This document shows positions 47,494 through 56,858 of a stretch of 64,000 nt of DNA, in pieces (the first letter of the stretch is position 1; every line of letters starts with the position of its first letter). This DNA is from Polyangiaceae bacterium (GTDB lineage: Bacteria; Myxococcota_A; Polyangia; Polyangiales; Polyangiaceae), in the NCBI GenBank assembly GCA_033763455.1, contig JANRKO010000080.1, positions 30,939-94,938 of the forward strand, given 5' to 3'. Below the pieces are notes generated by a model. That model was not told the DNA's origin. It did no database searches and saw only the letters and a list, made by a program, of their open reading frames with translations. Made by a program: the position numbers and the translations under genes.

Positions 47494-47872
47494 ACGTGAG
47501 TGTTCGGCGCGTTCGGCGTCTTCGGCGTGGCGTGCGGAGCCTCCTACGTGCTGGTGCTTTGCCTGCACCTGGGGCGCTGTGCGTGGTCGAAGTTACCCCT
47601 TTCGGACCATTGATACTGAGTTGTGCCCCCGGTACACGGTAGTGCCGTAGCTTGTCTTCGTTTCGGCTGTTGCCGTCAATCTTCAGTGTGGACTTCCGGG
47701 AACGTGTTCGCGTCGCCAAAAATGTCGAATTTGCTGCAATGTGGGCTTTGCGGAAAGGCTGAACCGCCTTGCCGAGCCGGGGTTTCCTTGATACGTAATT
47801 CTGCGTTTCGCGTCGGTGAGAGCGTTGGGCTCGCAGCCGGTTCATCCTGCTATCCACCAATAGGTTACCTAT

Positions 47873-48406
47873 ATGAAAATCAAGATGCTCTCTCTCGTCA
47901 CAGGGCTTACGGTCGCTCCCTGGTTGATTCTCGCCTGCGGAGAAAGTACCGACACCAGGGACGGTTTCGGCACTGCTAACGCTGGCACCAACGGAGTGAT
48001 CACGCAGTCTGGTGGGGCCACGGGCAGCGGTGGCGCGTCCAGCAAAGCTACCGGAGGCACCTCTAGCCCCGCTTCGAAGACGGGCGGGACTCCGGGGGTG
48101 AACAATCCCCTTCCCCTTCCGCCTGCTACTGGCGGTGCGGCCAACAACAATAACAACAACACGGGCGGGCGTACGAGCACAGGTGGGGCGCCAAGCACCG
48201 CAACGGGCGGTACGCCAAACAGTGGTACGGGTGGTTGCATGATGGCGGTTGAACCGCCTCCCGACGGAGAAGAGCCGCCTCCGGACGGGGGAGAGCCGCC
48301 TCCCGACGAAGGAGCTGCGGATCAAACAGCTCTCCAGGTAGAAGAGCCGCCCATGTGCGAGCCGCCTCCGGATGGAGGAGAGCCGCCTCCCGTCGACGAG
48401 CCATGA
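47873..48406 (+). CDS. Low-complexity lipoprotein with EPPP(D) repeats
   Basis: ILA-C lipobox, Gly/Thr linker, N6 run, five EPPP units. Confidence 0.65.
   Translation: MKIKMLSLVTGLTVAPWLILACGESTDTRDGFGTANAGTNGVITQSGGATGSGGASSKATGGTSSPASKTGGTPGVNNPLPLPPATGGAANNNNNNTGGRTSTGGAPSTATGGTPNSGTGGCMMAVEPPPDGEEPPPDGGEPPPDEGAADQTALQVEEPPMCEPPPDGGEPPPVDEP
48254..48391 (+). repeat. Intragenic CCGCCTCC repeats encoding EPPPDG
   Basis: Five ccgcctcc copies with 21-nt spacing within clusters. Confidence 0.7.
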
Positions 48407-48736
48407 AGATGGCACAGCCTGAGTTCCAAGCTCAGGTGGTGTCAAGCTAAGTTTGAGTTCTCGCGCACAAAGCCCGGGCCTCTACCAGCACTTGCTCGGT
48501 AAGGTCCGGGTTTTTCCATTTCGCATCGCCGGGCACTTGAGGTTAATCAGGATATGCGTGTTTCGTGGGTGTGCCTGCGCTCAGCCTTGGTGCCGAAACT
48601 GCTTGAACGCGATCCGCTGCATCGCGCCTAGACCGCAACCGACGCAAAAGGATCATACTTTTCGCGCGCAATCGATTCCGATACTCAAGGCTTGAGGCGG
48701 CTCCTGTCATTTGGGGGCGTCAATCAGGAGAATCGC

Positions 48737-49753
48737 ATGCGCGGCAGCAAGAAATACCTTTGGTTGGTGATTGGGCTTATAGGCTGTTCGGCGGGGGGCG
48801 CCAAAGCTCCGACAGGCGAAGATGGCCCGTCCCCAGCGGGCACCACGTCTCCCGGCGTTTTGGCAGGAATGCCCTCGGCCTCGGCTTCGAACACCACGGC
48901 GATTGACCTGACGTCTGGTGTTAGCACTAGCAGCAACGGCGCTGTTCCGGACCTCGGAAGCGAAGAGGCTTGTGACGGCATGGACGGCAATAAAAACGGC
49001 ATCATCGATGACGTAGACAAAGGCAAAGATGGGCTGTGCGATTGCCTGAATATTGGATTTATCGGCGATATTGCCTCCGATGCGGGGACCATGACAGCCG
49101 CATTCCAAAATTGGCTTGAGGCACGTAGCGACGTGCCCGTGACGAGGCTCTCTGCAACTGCTGAGATCACCGAGCAGAGTCTCAAGCCGCTTCAGGTTCT
49201 CATTGTGGGCAATATGACCGCGCGCATCACCCAAAATAGCTCCGCCTACAGCCCGGCTGAGCTGCTCGTGCTCAAAAAGTGGGTTACAGAACGTGGCGGC
49301 GGTTTGATGACGTTGGGTGGGTTCACTGGCAACGAAACCCACATGTTGCCAACAGTGCAGCTCTTGGCGCCTTTTGATTTGAGTTACGACTATCTGGGCA
49401 GAGGCCCCGGGATCTTAGGCGAAGGCGCACCGCCGGTAGTTATAACGGGCATCACAGCGCCACAGCACCCAACTGTGGCCGGAGTAAAGGCGCTTGGCGT
49501 GTACTACGGCTACCCCGTTGTGGGTGATGGCGAAGTGATCCTCAGCGAACGAGGCTTCAACTTGGCAATGGCCAAGCAGGCGGGCAAGGGGCGCGTGTTC
49601 CTTTTTGCAGATGAGTGGATTACCCAAGACACACTCTGGACGCCCGGTGCGCTACCTACCCAGCTAGATGTGGCCGGATTTTGGCTAAATGTCATCAATT
49701 GGCTGTCCCCCGCCGATGAGTGCAAGGTCACGATCCCGGCTATCCTGAAGTAG
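48737..49753 (+). CDS. Lipoprotein with CDGxDxxxxGxxDD motif and class I GATase-like (DUF4350-type) domain
   Basis: LIG-C lipobox, RBS AGGAG; WVTERGGGLMTLG, GKGRVFLFADEW, FWLNVINWL. Confidence 0.7.
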   Translation: MRGSKKYLWLVIGLIGCSAGGAKAPTGEDGPSPAGTTSPGVLAGMPSASASNTTAIDLTSGVSTSSNGAVPDLGSEEACDGMDGNKNGIIDDVDKGKDGLCDCLNIGFIGDIASDAGTMTAAFQNWLEARSDVPVTRLSATAEITEQSLKPLQVLIVGNMTARITQNSSAYSPAELLVLKKWVTERGGGLMTLGGFTGNETHMLPTVQLLAPFDLSYDYLGRGPGILGEGAPPVVITGITAPQHPTVAGVKALGVYYGYPVVGDGEVILSERGFNLAMAKQAGKGRVFLFADEWITQDTLWTPGALPTQLDVAGFWLNVINWLSPADECKVTIPAILK

Positions 49754-49807
49754 TTGCTTGGCGCGCCCTAGCGCCTGACGCGCGCAATCTATTCGCCGCT
49801 TAGGCGG

Positions 49808-51457
49808 TTGACGCTTTCGGGCAACGTGCGCACCTGTTATCGCACGTCCATCGCGAATCTTGCATCGCCCACAGTAGTCAGGAGGTCCCGTAGTCGGAGC
49901 CAGAGCCACGCGTGGCTGGTGCTTGGGGCTCTTTGGGCCGTAACATCCTCCGCTCAGGCGCAATCAGAAGATCAGACGGCAAGTGCATTGGTGCGAACAG
50001 CTGAGCCTCAAGAAGAAGCGCCCCTGACTTTTTCTTACGAGGAAGCCTCGGTGGAGCGGCACTATCTTCGCGCCACGTTGGAGTTCCAAGCCGTGTTTAC
50101 GGCTGGGTTTCTCTGGTACGCCACCACGACGCACAAGAATTGGCAGGTGGATTACAGCTGGCCCGTCTTCAGAAAGAAGGTATCTGGCCACGCTTTCGGG
50201 CTGGATACGAACCATTTCGGTACGAATTTCATCGGGCACCCGCTAGGCGGAACGGGCTATTACCTTTCGGCTCGCGGCAATCGCTTGAGTATTCTCTCGT
50301 CTTTTGGTTTTGCGGTGGCGGGGTCGGGGTTGTGGGAGCTTTTCGGAGAGGTAGGGGAGATCATCAGCACCAACGATTCTATAGTCACGCCTCTGGCTGG
50401 TTTGGCTATCGGGGAGCCTCTTACGCAGTTGGGTGCTTTTTTTGACCGCAGCTCGCCGAGCGATTTGCATCGTACGCTCGGATCCGTATTCGGTCCCTTC
50501 AAGAGCCTGAACGACAGGTTGGACGGTGTGCACGTGAGGCGCTCCGGGCGTTACGATGCGCTTGGGTTTCCCACCAACGAATGGCATCGGTTTGAGCTCG
50601 GTGCTTCGGCTGCTCTTACCGTTCAAGAGGCAGGGCAGGGGCACGGGGAAGCGCATTTTCCCGAGGGCCGGATCGAGTTGTCTTCGGAGTTAGCACGCCT
50701 CACGGGGTACAGCTCGAAAGCTAAGCGGAATGAATGGTTTTCGGAGGCGAACCTCTCCAATCTGTCGCTGGAATTAGCAATTGGTAGCGCCGGGGTTAGT
50801 GACGCCTGGTTCACCTCTCGAGCAGTGCTTTTCGGGCACTACTATAGGCACGCCGTACAAACTGAGCGGAGCCTTGAGGGGGGAGGAGTTGCGCTCGGGT
50901 TGGCCACTGGGTTCTCCTACGCTGTTCACGATTTCTCGCGGCAAGAGCCGGGGCCGCGTGATCGCATCGCGGGAGTTCGCCCGGCGGGCCTAGTAGTGGC
51001 ATCCCACGTGGCCACTTCGGGAATAGATATTTCGTCTGAGCTCGACGCTGGTCCTGATTTCTCTGGGATTACGCCGCTCGCACTTGCTGGTTACCTGTCC
51101 ACGGCTGAAGTTTCTGCTTTGCCTCCGGTGCTGCAGCTCCGCAGCTACTACTTCGGTGCCGGCTACCACGTAACGTCGTTATTGCGAGCACGGAGAGGTG
51201 CTGTCGAGCTGCGCGGAAGGCTGCGCAACGATCAGTTCTGGGGGCTCACCGGGACGCGTGGCATGCGTTCCCTAGATTCGGGCGTGCCCTTTCGAGATCT
51301 TCGTTCGGTGGGGGATGTGCGGTTTGGATATTACATAGCCCCCCACGGGGCCTTTACTTTAGATTTGCAGAAGAGGTTACGCTTAGGCTGGGCTGGTGCA
51401 GCGCGGGCCAAGGCGGCTGAGTGGTCGTTGGGCCTTGGTTTTCAGGGGGTTTTGTGA
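49808..51457 (+). CDS. DUF3943-like outer-membrane protein, paralogue 1
   Basis: DTNHFGTNFIGHP..G..YYL.ARGN, LWELFGE, STND..VTP; C-terminal beta strands. Start uncertain. Confidence 0.75.
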   Translation: MTLSGNVRTCYRTSIANLASPTVVRRSRSRSQSHAWLVLGALWAVTSSAQAQSEDQTASALVRTAEPQEEAPLTFSYEEASVERHYLRATLEFQAVFTAGFLWYATTTHKNWQVDYSWPVFRKKVSGHAFGLDTNHFGTNFIGHPLGGTGYYLSARGNRLSILSSFGFAVAGSGLWELFGEVGEIISTNDSIVTPLAGLAIGEPLTQLGAFFDRSSPSDLHRTLGSVFGPFKSLNDRLDGVHVRRSGRYDALGFPTNEWHRFELGASAALTVQEAGQGHGEAHFPEGRIELSSELARLTGYSSKAKRNEWFSEANLSNLSLELAIGSAGVSDAWFTSRAVLFGHYYRHAVQTERSLEGGGVALGLATGFSYAVHDFSRQEPGPRDRIAGVRPAGLVVASHVATSGIDISSELDAGPDFSGITPLALAGYLSTAEVSALPPVLQLRSYYFGAGYHVTSLLRARRGAVELRGRLRNDQFWGLTGTRGMRSLDSGVPFRDLRSVGDVRFGYYIAPHGAFTLDLQKRLRLGWAGAARAKAAEWSLGLGFQGVL

Positions 51458-51468
51458 GGCGTTGGTTA

Positions 51469-52707
51469 ATGATGCAAGTGTCCACTAAGGTGCGTACGGT
51501 GAATCACTCTCGCGTGGCGTTGGCAGTAGGGCTCTTTGCGATGGCGTTAGGTGTTCGCGCCTTAGCGCAGGAGGCTCCGCTTGCGCCTCAGCTTCCAACG
51601 GATTCCGGGCAGATTTCACCCAGCGGGGAAGCGGCCGCAGCTTCTCCCTCAGTGTTGCTATGGCGCAAGCGCTATCAGCAAGCTCGGGATGATATTGGTG
51701 CTGCCCGCTATGCTGAGGCGCTGCGTACACTGCAGGCCATCCAAGACAGCGCACCAACTCCCGCCGAGCGGTTGCTCGCCCATGAGCTTGGGTTTATCGC
51801 GCAAGAGCGTTTGGAGCACGAAGAAAGGGAATCGGCGGAGCCGCCCGATATTCGCACGGCCGATGAGATGTCCGTGCTGTACGCCACCTCGTTCCTTTAC
51901 GGGCTAGGCACGAGCTCTTGGGTAACGCTGCAATTGAAACCAAAAACGGTGTCGGCTGCATTTCTGCCTTTCGCCGTGCTCACAACAGCGGCTGTAGGTG
52001 GGGTAACGGTCGCCGACGGTTACCGACCTCTTCGCCGCGGCGTACCCCAGTCCATTGCTGCTGGCCTGTATTTGGGCTTGGGGGAAGGGATCTGGGTGGT
52101 GGGTTATCAGCAAGCCGTGGCCAAGCGCAGGCCTAGCGTCAAACGTTGGCAAGCAGAACGCGTCTCCACAGTGTTGTGGGCTGGTTCCACGCTGTTTGGC
52201 TTCGGTGGTGGCGTCGTTGGCGGGCTGCGTCAGCCAACCCCAGGCCGTGTTTCCTACACGTCTTCCACCACTGTTTGGGGTGGCATTTTGGCTGGCTTTG
52301 GGGCTTCCGCCCTTTCAACCGATAGAAGCCGCCGCGCCGAGAACTCAATGTTAAGTGCGGGGGTTGGCTATAATCTGGGGTTACTGGGAGGCTTACTGAC
52401 CTCTCCGATGGTTTCACCATCCGTAGCGCGGGTGCGTTTGGTGGATTTGGGCGGAATTGGCGGAGGCCTCTTGGGTGCCGGGGTCTACGCGCTGGCTGAC
52501 GAAAAGGCTCAAACTCCATCCCTCCTTGGCGCTATGGCCATCAGTTCAGGCATCGGCCTACTCGGCACCGCATGGGCCACGAGCGATATGCCCAAGGTGC
52601 TGGCTCCCGGCACCAGCGCTGCGAGCGCTTCGCCGCAATCCACGCTTCAGCCTGCCATCACACCCTTGAAGGGCGGCTGGTTAGTCGGAGTTTCGGGTGA
52701 GCTGTGA
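51469..52707 (+). CDS. Secreted or membrane protein with glycine-zipper helices
   Basis: Signal peptide ALA-Q, short helical domain, many GxxxG hydrophobic segments, terminal GWLVGVSGEL. Confidence 0.65.
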   Translation: MMQVSTKVRTVNHSRVALAVGLFAMALGVRALAQEAPLAPQLPTDSGQISPSGEAAAASPSVLLWRKRYQQARDDIGAARYAEALRTLQAIQDSAPTPAERLLAHELGFIAQERLEHEERESAEPPDIRTADEMSVLYATSFLYGLGTSSWVTLQLKPKTVSAAFLPFAVLTTAAVGGVTVADGYRPLRRGVPQSIAAGLYLGLGEGIWVVGYQQAVAKRRPSVKRWQAERVSTVLWAGSTLFGFGGGVVGGLRQPTPGRVSYTSSTTVWGGILAGFGASALSTDRSRRAENSMLSAGVGYNLGLLGGLLTSPMVSPSVARVRLVDLGGIGGGLLGAGVYALADEKAQTPSLLGAMAISSGIGLLGTAWATSDMPKVLAPGTSAASASPQSTLQPAITPLKGGWLVGVSGEL

Positions 52708-54233
52708 AGCTTCGGTGGTTGCTCACGTGGGCGGTGCCGGTTGCGCTTTTAACCGCTGCCACACCCGTGTTGGCTGAACCAGCCGCTCGTTTCACCAGCG
52801 ACACTTTCCGGTATTCGAGCCAAGAAGAGCGTCATTATGGGCGCGCTGCGCTCGAGCAGCTCGGCATCCTTGGGCTTGGTTCCGTCTGGTACTTCAGCAA
52901 TCGCGACGCCAATTCTGTCGACTGGGATCTCAACTACGATTGGCCGAGCTTCCGGCAAAAGCTCGATGGCCGCGCGTACGCGTTTGACACCAATCATTTC
53001 GAAACCAACTTCTTATCGCACCCTACCGCGGGCACGCTCTATTACCTGGCTGCACGCGGTAATCGTCTGAGCCCGCTTGTATCTCTCAGCTACGCCGTCG
53101 GTTCCTCCACGCTCTGGGAGTTCGTGGGTGAGTTTCGGGAGCGCGTCAGCGTCAATGATATGATGGTGACGCCCCTTTCAGGGTTCGTCTTGGGTGAGGC
53201 ACTCACCCAATTGGGAGGCTTTTTCGATCGCAGTTGCGATACCTCCGGGACGCGCGTTTTGGGGAGTGTGTTCGGCCCCAGCAAATCCTTCCACGATGCT
53301 CTTGACGGTGCCGTGCTCGATCGCACGAATTCGTGCGACGCCCACGGGTTTTCTCGGATAGGGTCCCATCGCTTTGGGTTCTCGCTTGGGCCGCGCGCCG
53401 TATGGCAGCTCAAAGGGCGGACGCAGCCATTTATGGAGATGGCCGAGGAGCTGAACCTCGCCGTTGAGAATCTGTCGGCGCTAGGGCTGCCGGGGCGTGG
53501 GTTTAGGTCCTTTTCAGACGGCAATATTGCGGAGCTTTCGGCGAAAATTGCAGGAGGAAGCTTCGGTTGGTCCGATTTTTTCCTGGCTGCGAAGGTGGTT
53601 CCCGTGGGGATCCACTATCGGGATATTCCGTGGTTGGGCGAGCACGGAGAGTCGGGTCGGGAAGCGATCTTTGGCCTGCTTCTAGGGGCTGAATATAGCT
53701 CCCACGCCTACGCGCGCGGGGTCGCGGCTGCCGATAAGATGTTCGTCCTTGATGCGCCCGCCGTGCGCCTCAGCTATCGCGTGCATCCGCGTGGAAAAGG
53801 GCTCGTGTTTACGCTTGATGGGGGAAGCTCGTTTGCCGGAGTGAGTGCGTTCGCCATAGATGCGTATGAGCGCACCGCTACCTTGGATACCTTGCCAACC
53901 ATTGCAGAAGCACGCGGCTACAATTACTCCGTGGGTGCGCACCTTGGGCCCAGCATTCGGCTGGAAGGCAAAGATCTCGATCTTTCCGTAACAGCACGCG
54001 CGGATCGCTTCTGGGCGCTCAAGGTGCTAGATCGCGTACGGGAAGCACCCGGTGAATTCATGATCGTCGAAGGTCGGCGTGACATTAGCGCACGGCTGGA
54101 TTTTCACCCCGCGCGCTTCCCCATTTCCCTGTTTGCGACGGCCGACGCTCGAAATCGCTTTGGAAGCATCGGTGAGGTGAGAGTGAGTCGCGCCGAAGTC
54201 GCGCTGGGCGCGGGGCTTGGCGGTAGGCTTTAG
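52704..54233 (+). CDS. DUF3943-like outer-membrane protein, paralogue 2
   Basis: DTNHFETNFLSHP, YYLAARGNRLS, LWEFVGE, LTQLGGFFDRS; clearly homologous to the 49808 gene. Confidence 0.78.
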   Translation: MKLRWLLTWAVPVALLTAATPVLAEPAARFTSDTFRYSSQEERHYGRAALEQLGILGLGSVWYFSNRDANSVDWDLNYDWPSFRQKLDGRAYAFDTNHFETNFLSHPTAGTLYYLAARGNRLSPLVSLSYAVGSSTLWEFVGEFRERVSVNDMMVTPLSGFVLGEALTQLGGFFDRSCDTSGTRVLGSVFGPSKSFHDALDGAVLDRTNSCDAHGFSRIGSHRFGFSLGPRAVWQLKGRTQPFMEMAEELNLAVENLSALGLPGRGFRSFSDGNIAELSAKIAGGSFGWSDFFLAAKVVPVGIHYRDIPWLGEHGESGREAIFGLLLGAEYSSHAYARGVAAADKMFVLDAPAVRLSYRVHPRGKGLVFTLDGGSSFAGVSAFAIDAYERTATLDTLPTIAEARGYNYSVGAHLGPSIRLEGKDLDLSVTARADRFWALKVLDRVREAPGEFMIVEGRRDISARLDFHPARFPISLFATADARNRFGSIGEVRVSRAEVALGAGLGGRL

Positions 54234-54335
54234 GTAAGTCCCGAGGCCGATAGCGTTGAGGTGTGGCTGATCTACGGCAGGCGGGTTGAGTGGGGCACGG
54301 ACAAAGCGTTCGCCAGTTACTGCTCGCACGAAACC

Positions 54336-54350
54336 TGGCACGGGAGATGC
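54336..54350 (+). promoter_or_regulatory. Candidate sigma54 promoter upstream of the ABC operon
   Basis: TGGCAC-GGGAG-ATGC. Confidence 0.45.
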
Positions 54351-54625
54351 GTGGTGGGGTCTGTCGCAGATCGCACCATCAGTCGCCCACGACGCCAATG
54401 GCGCACGAGGCTCGCCCATGCCTAGGACTGGCGTGGGCCCCATGCTCCGGCACGAGAGGTACTTAGCATACCAAGTACTTGTTGCTGAAACGAAGATGCC
54501 TGAATCTGCTCCTAACCCCTTTCTCAGCGCGTTGTTTTCAGAGCCGCATCGAGCCCATGACGATGCACCCCCACTCCCGTTCACCCTAGCTAATCACTCC
54601 CGAACTATGGAAGCTTACGTTCACT

Positions 54626-55492
54626 GTGAAACGCGAGCACCTCGGGTATCTGTTCATTAGCCCATGGCTTTTAGGGTTTCTGGGCCTCACCGTATTTCCG
54701 TTTCTAGCTTGCCTTTACCTTTCTTTCTGCCGGTACGATGTGATGGCGCCTCCGGTGTGGATTGGGCTAGGGAACTACCAGGAGTTGTTTTTCAACGATC
54801 CGCTTTTTTGGAAGTCGCTGCAAAACACGCTGCTCTATGCTGTGCTTGCCGTGCCGCTCGGGATCGCGGCGGCGGTTGGGCTGGCGCTCTTGTTGAATGT
54901 TGAGGTGCGGGGCGTCAGCGTTTACCGCACCGTGTTCTTCTTGCCCCACATCGTGCCAACGGTAGCAACATCGGTGGTGTTCATGTGGATCCTCAATCCG
55001 CAGATCGGCCTCATGAACAACGTGCTGGGTCTTTTTGGCGTGGAAGGGCCGGCTTGGCTGCAAGATCCGCAGTGGGCCATGCGTACCTTGATTTTCATGT
55101 CGCTCTGGGGCGTGGGGGGCAGTGTGATCACGTATTTGGCGGGCCTGAAAGATATCCCGCTCTCGCTCTATGAAGCTGCCCGTTGCGATGGCGCGGGAGC
55201 TTTGGCACGGGCGCGCCACATCACGCTCCCCATGCTAACGCCCGTTATCTTCTTCAATCTGATCATGGGTATTATCGGAGCATTCCAGTACTTCACCCAA
55301 GCGTACATCATGACGCAGGGCGGCCCCCAAGATAGTACGCTCTTCTACTCGCTTTATCTTTTCTACCGTTCATGGCGCTACCTGGATATGGGGTACGCGA
55401 GTGCCATGGCGTGGATTTTATTTGTTGTGGTGAGCACAACGACGTTCGTGGTGTTCAAGACGCATCGGCGCTGGGTGCATTATGGCAGCTAA
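54626..55492 (+). CDS. Carbohydrate ABC transporter permease
   Basis: GYLFISPW, WIGLGNY, LYEAARCDGA (EAA loop), MGYASAMAW. Confidence 0.93.
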   Translation: MKREHLGYLFISPWLLGFLGLTVFPFLACLYLSFCRYDVMAPPVWIGLGNYQELFFNDPLFWKSLQNTLLYAVLAVPLGIAAAVGLALLLNVEVRGVSVYRTVFFLPHIVPTVATSVVFMWILNPQIGLMNNVLGLFGVEGPAWLQDPQWAMRTLIFMSLWGVGGSVITYLAGLKDIPLSLYEAARCDGAGALARARHITLPMLTPVIFFNLIMGIIGAFQYFTQAYIMTQGGPQDSTLFYSLYLFYRSWRYLDMGYASAMAWILFVVVSTTTFVVFKTHRRWVHYGS

Positions 55493-56858
55493 AAAAGTGG
55501 CCCAGGAGGATAAGGTCTCCGTCTTTCACGCGCTCAAGAAGCGCGCGTTGTTCGCCCTGCAAGTGCTAGTTGCGGTTGCCCTGCTCGCTTGGGTCGTGAA
55601 TCCATCAAAGGAGCCGCGCCTATTTCCTGAACGCATCCCCGTGCGCTTCTGGCACATGTGGTCGGGCGAGTGGAAAGACGTCGTGGATAAGATTGTGGCG
55701 CGCTTCAATGCAAGTCAAAGCCGCTACGAAGTGATCGCTCTTTCCGTGCCCTCGGGGAGCGCGGATCAGAAGCTACTGATGGGAGTCTCCGGCGGGGATC
55801 CGCCGGATGTGATGGCTCAGTGGAATCAGGTGATCCCTGCCTGGGCAGAAAGCGGGTTGCTCACTCCGCTCGATAGCCTGATGACGCCCAATGAGTGGGA
55901 AGAGCTGCAGGCAACAGCGTATCCGGTGGCTCTCAAGATCGGCCGTTACCAGGGGCACCTGTATGGGTTAACGACAGGGGTAAACGTCTTTGCCTGCTAT
56001 TATCGGCCGGATCACCTTGCGGCCCAGGGCGCAAGGACCTTCCCTGCCACGCTTGAGGAGCTAACAGAACTTGGCAGCAAGCTCACGCGGCTAGACGAAA
56101 AAGGCCAGATCACTCGTATGGGCTTCATGCCCATGGGTTTCAATATTTATGCGCCCATCTTTGGCGGAGGCTTTTTCGATCGCACCCGAAACGCTTTGAC
56201 CCTCAACACGCCGGAGAATCTACGAGCGCTGACCTTCCTTGCAGAAAGCAGAGGACGCTACGGCTACGAGCAAGTCGTGAAGTTTGAGTCGTCGTTGAAT
56301 ACGGGTGGGTTTGCGATCGAGTGGCCGTTTATCTCAGGGCAATATTCGGTCACGGTCGATGGACAGTGGCGTGTCGAGCAGCTCGCCAAGTACGCTCCAG
56401 AGTTGAAGTATGCGACGGCCCCTATCCCACCGCCCCAAGGCGGTAGAACGCTTGCAGGTTTCGCCAACGGGAACTTCATGATCATTCCAAAAGGCGCACG
56501 GGAGGCTCGGGGGGCCTTTGAGTTCGTCAAATTCTGGTCTGGAGTGGACCAGCCGGAACGTGCCGCAGAGTTTTACACTTGGGGCGGGTGGCTGCCTCTT
56601 TCCCCAAAAATAGCGCAAACACCAGTGTATAAGGCGTACGTAAAACAGTACCCACAGTTTCAAACCTTTCTGGATCTTCTGGCGAGCGAGAACATCCAGC
56701 CCACCGCACCTGTGCCCTTTCAGGTGCTACTGACCGACCGCTTAACGCGCACGGAGGAGGCGGCGGTGCGGGGCACGGCAACGCCTAAGGCTGCTTTGCT
56801 CGCTCTGGAAGTGGACATCCAGCGGGAGCTCGAACGAAGGAAGCGGTTCGGACTATGA
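55482..56858 (+). CDS. Sugar ABC transporter substrate-binding protein
   Basis: N-terminal TM, VRFWHMW, GDPPDV, P.T.EEL, DGQW; family-1 SBP pattern. Confidence 0.88.
   Translation: MAAKKVAQEDKVSVFHALKKRALFALQVLVAVALLAWVVNPSKEPRLFPERIPVRFWHMWSGEWKDVVDKIVARFNASQSRYEVIALSVPSGSADQKLLMGVSGGDPPDVMAQWNQVIPAWAESGLLTPLDSLMTPNEWEELQATAYPVALKIGRYQGHLYGLTTGVNVFACYYRPDHLAAQGARTFPATLEELTELGSKLTRLDEKGQITRMGFMPMGFNIYAPIFGGGFFDRTRNALTLNTPENLRALTFLAESRGRYGYEQVVKFESSLNTGGFAIEWPFISGQYSVTVDGQWRVEQLAKYAPELKYATAPIPPPQGGRTLAGFANGNFMIIPKGAREARGAFEFVKFWSGVDQPERAAEFYTWGGWLPLSPKIAQTPVYKAYVKQYPQFQTFLDLLASENIQPTAPVPFQVLLTDRLTRTEEAAVRGTATPKAALLALEVDIQRELERRKRFGL

Noticed and set aside
54286..54660. Small ORF upstream of the ABC permease
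   Set aside because: No motifs, weak start, and it overlaps both the promoter candidate and the permease.
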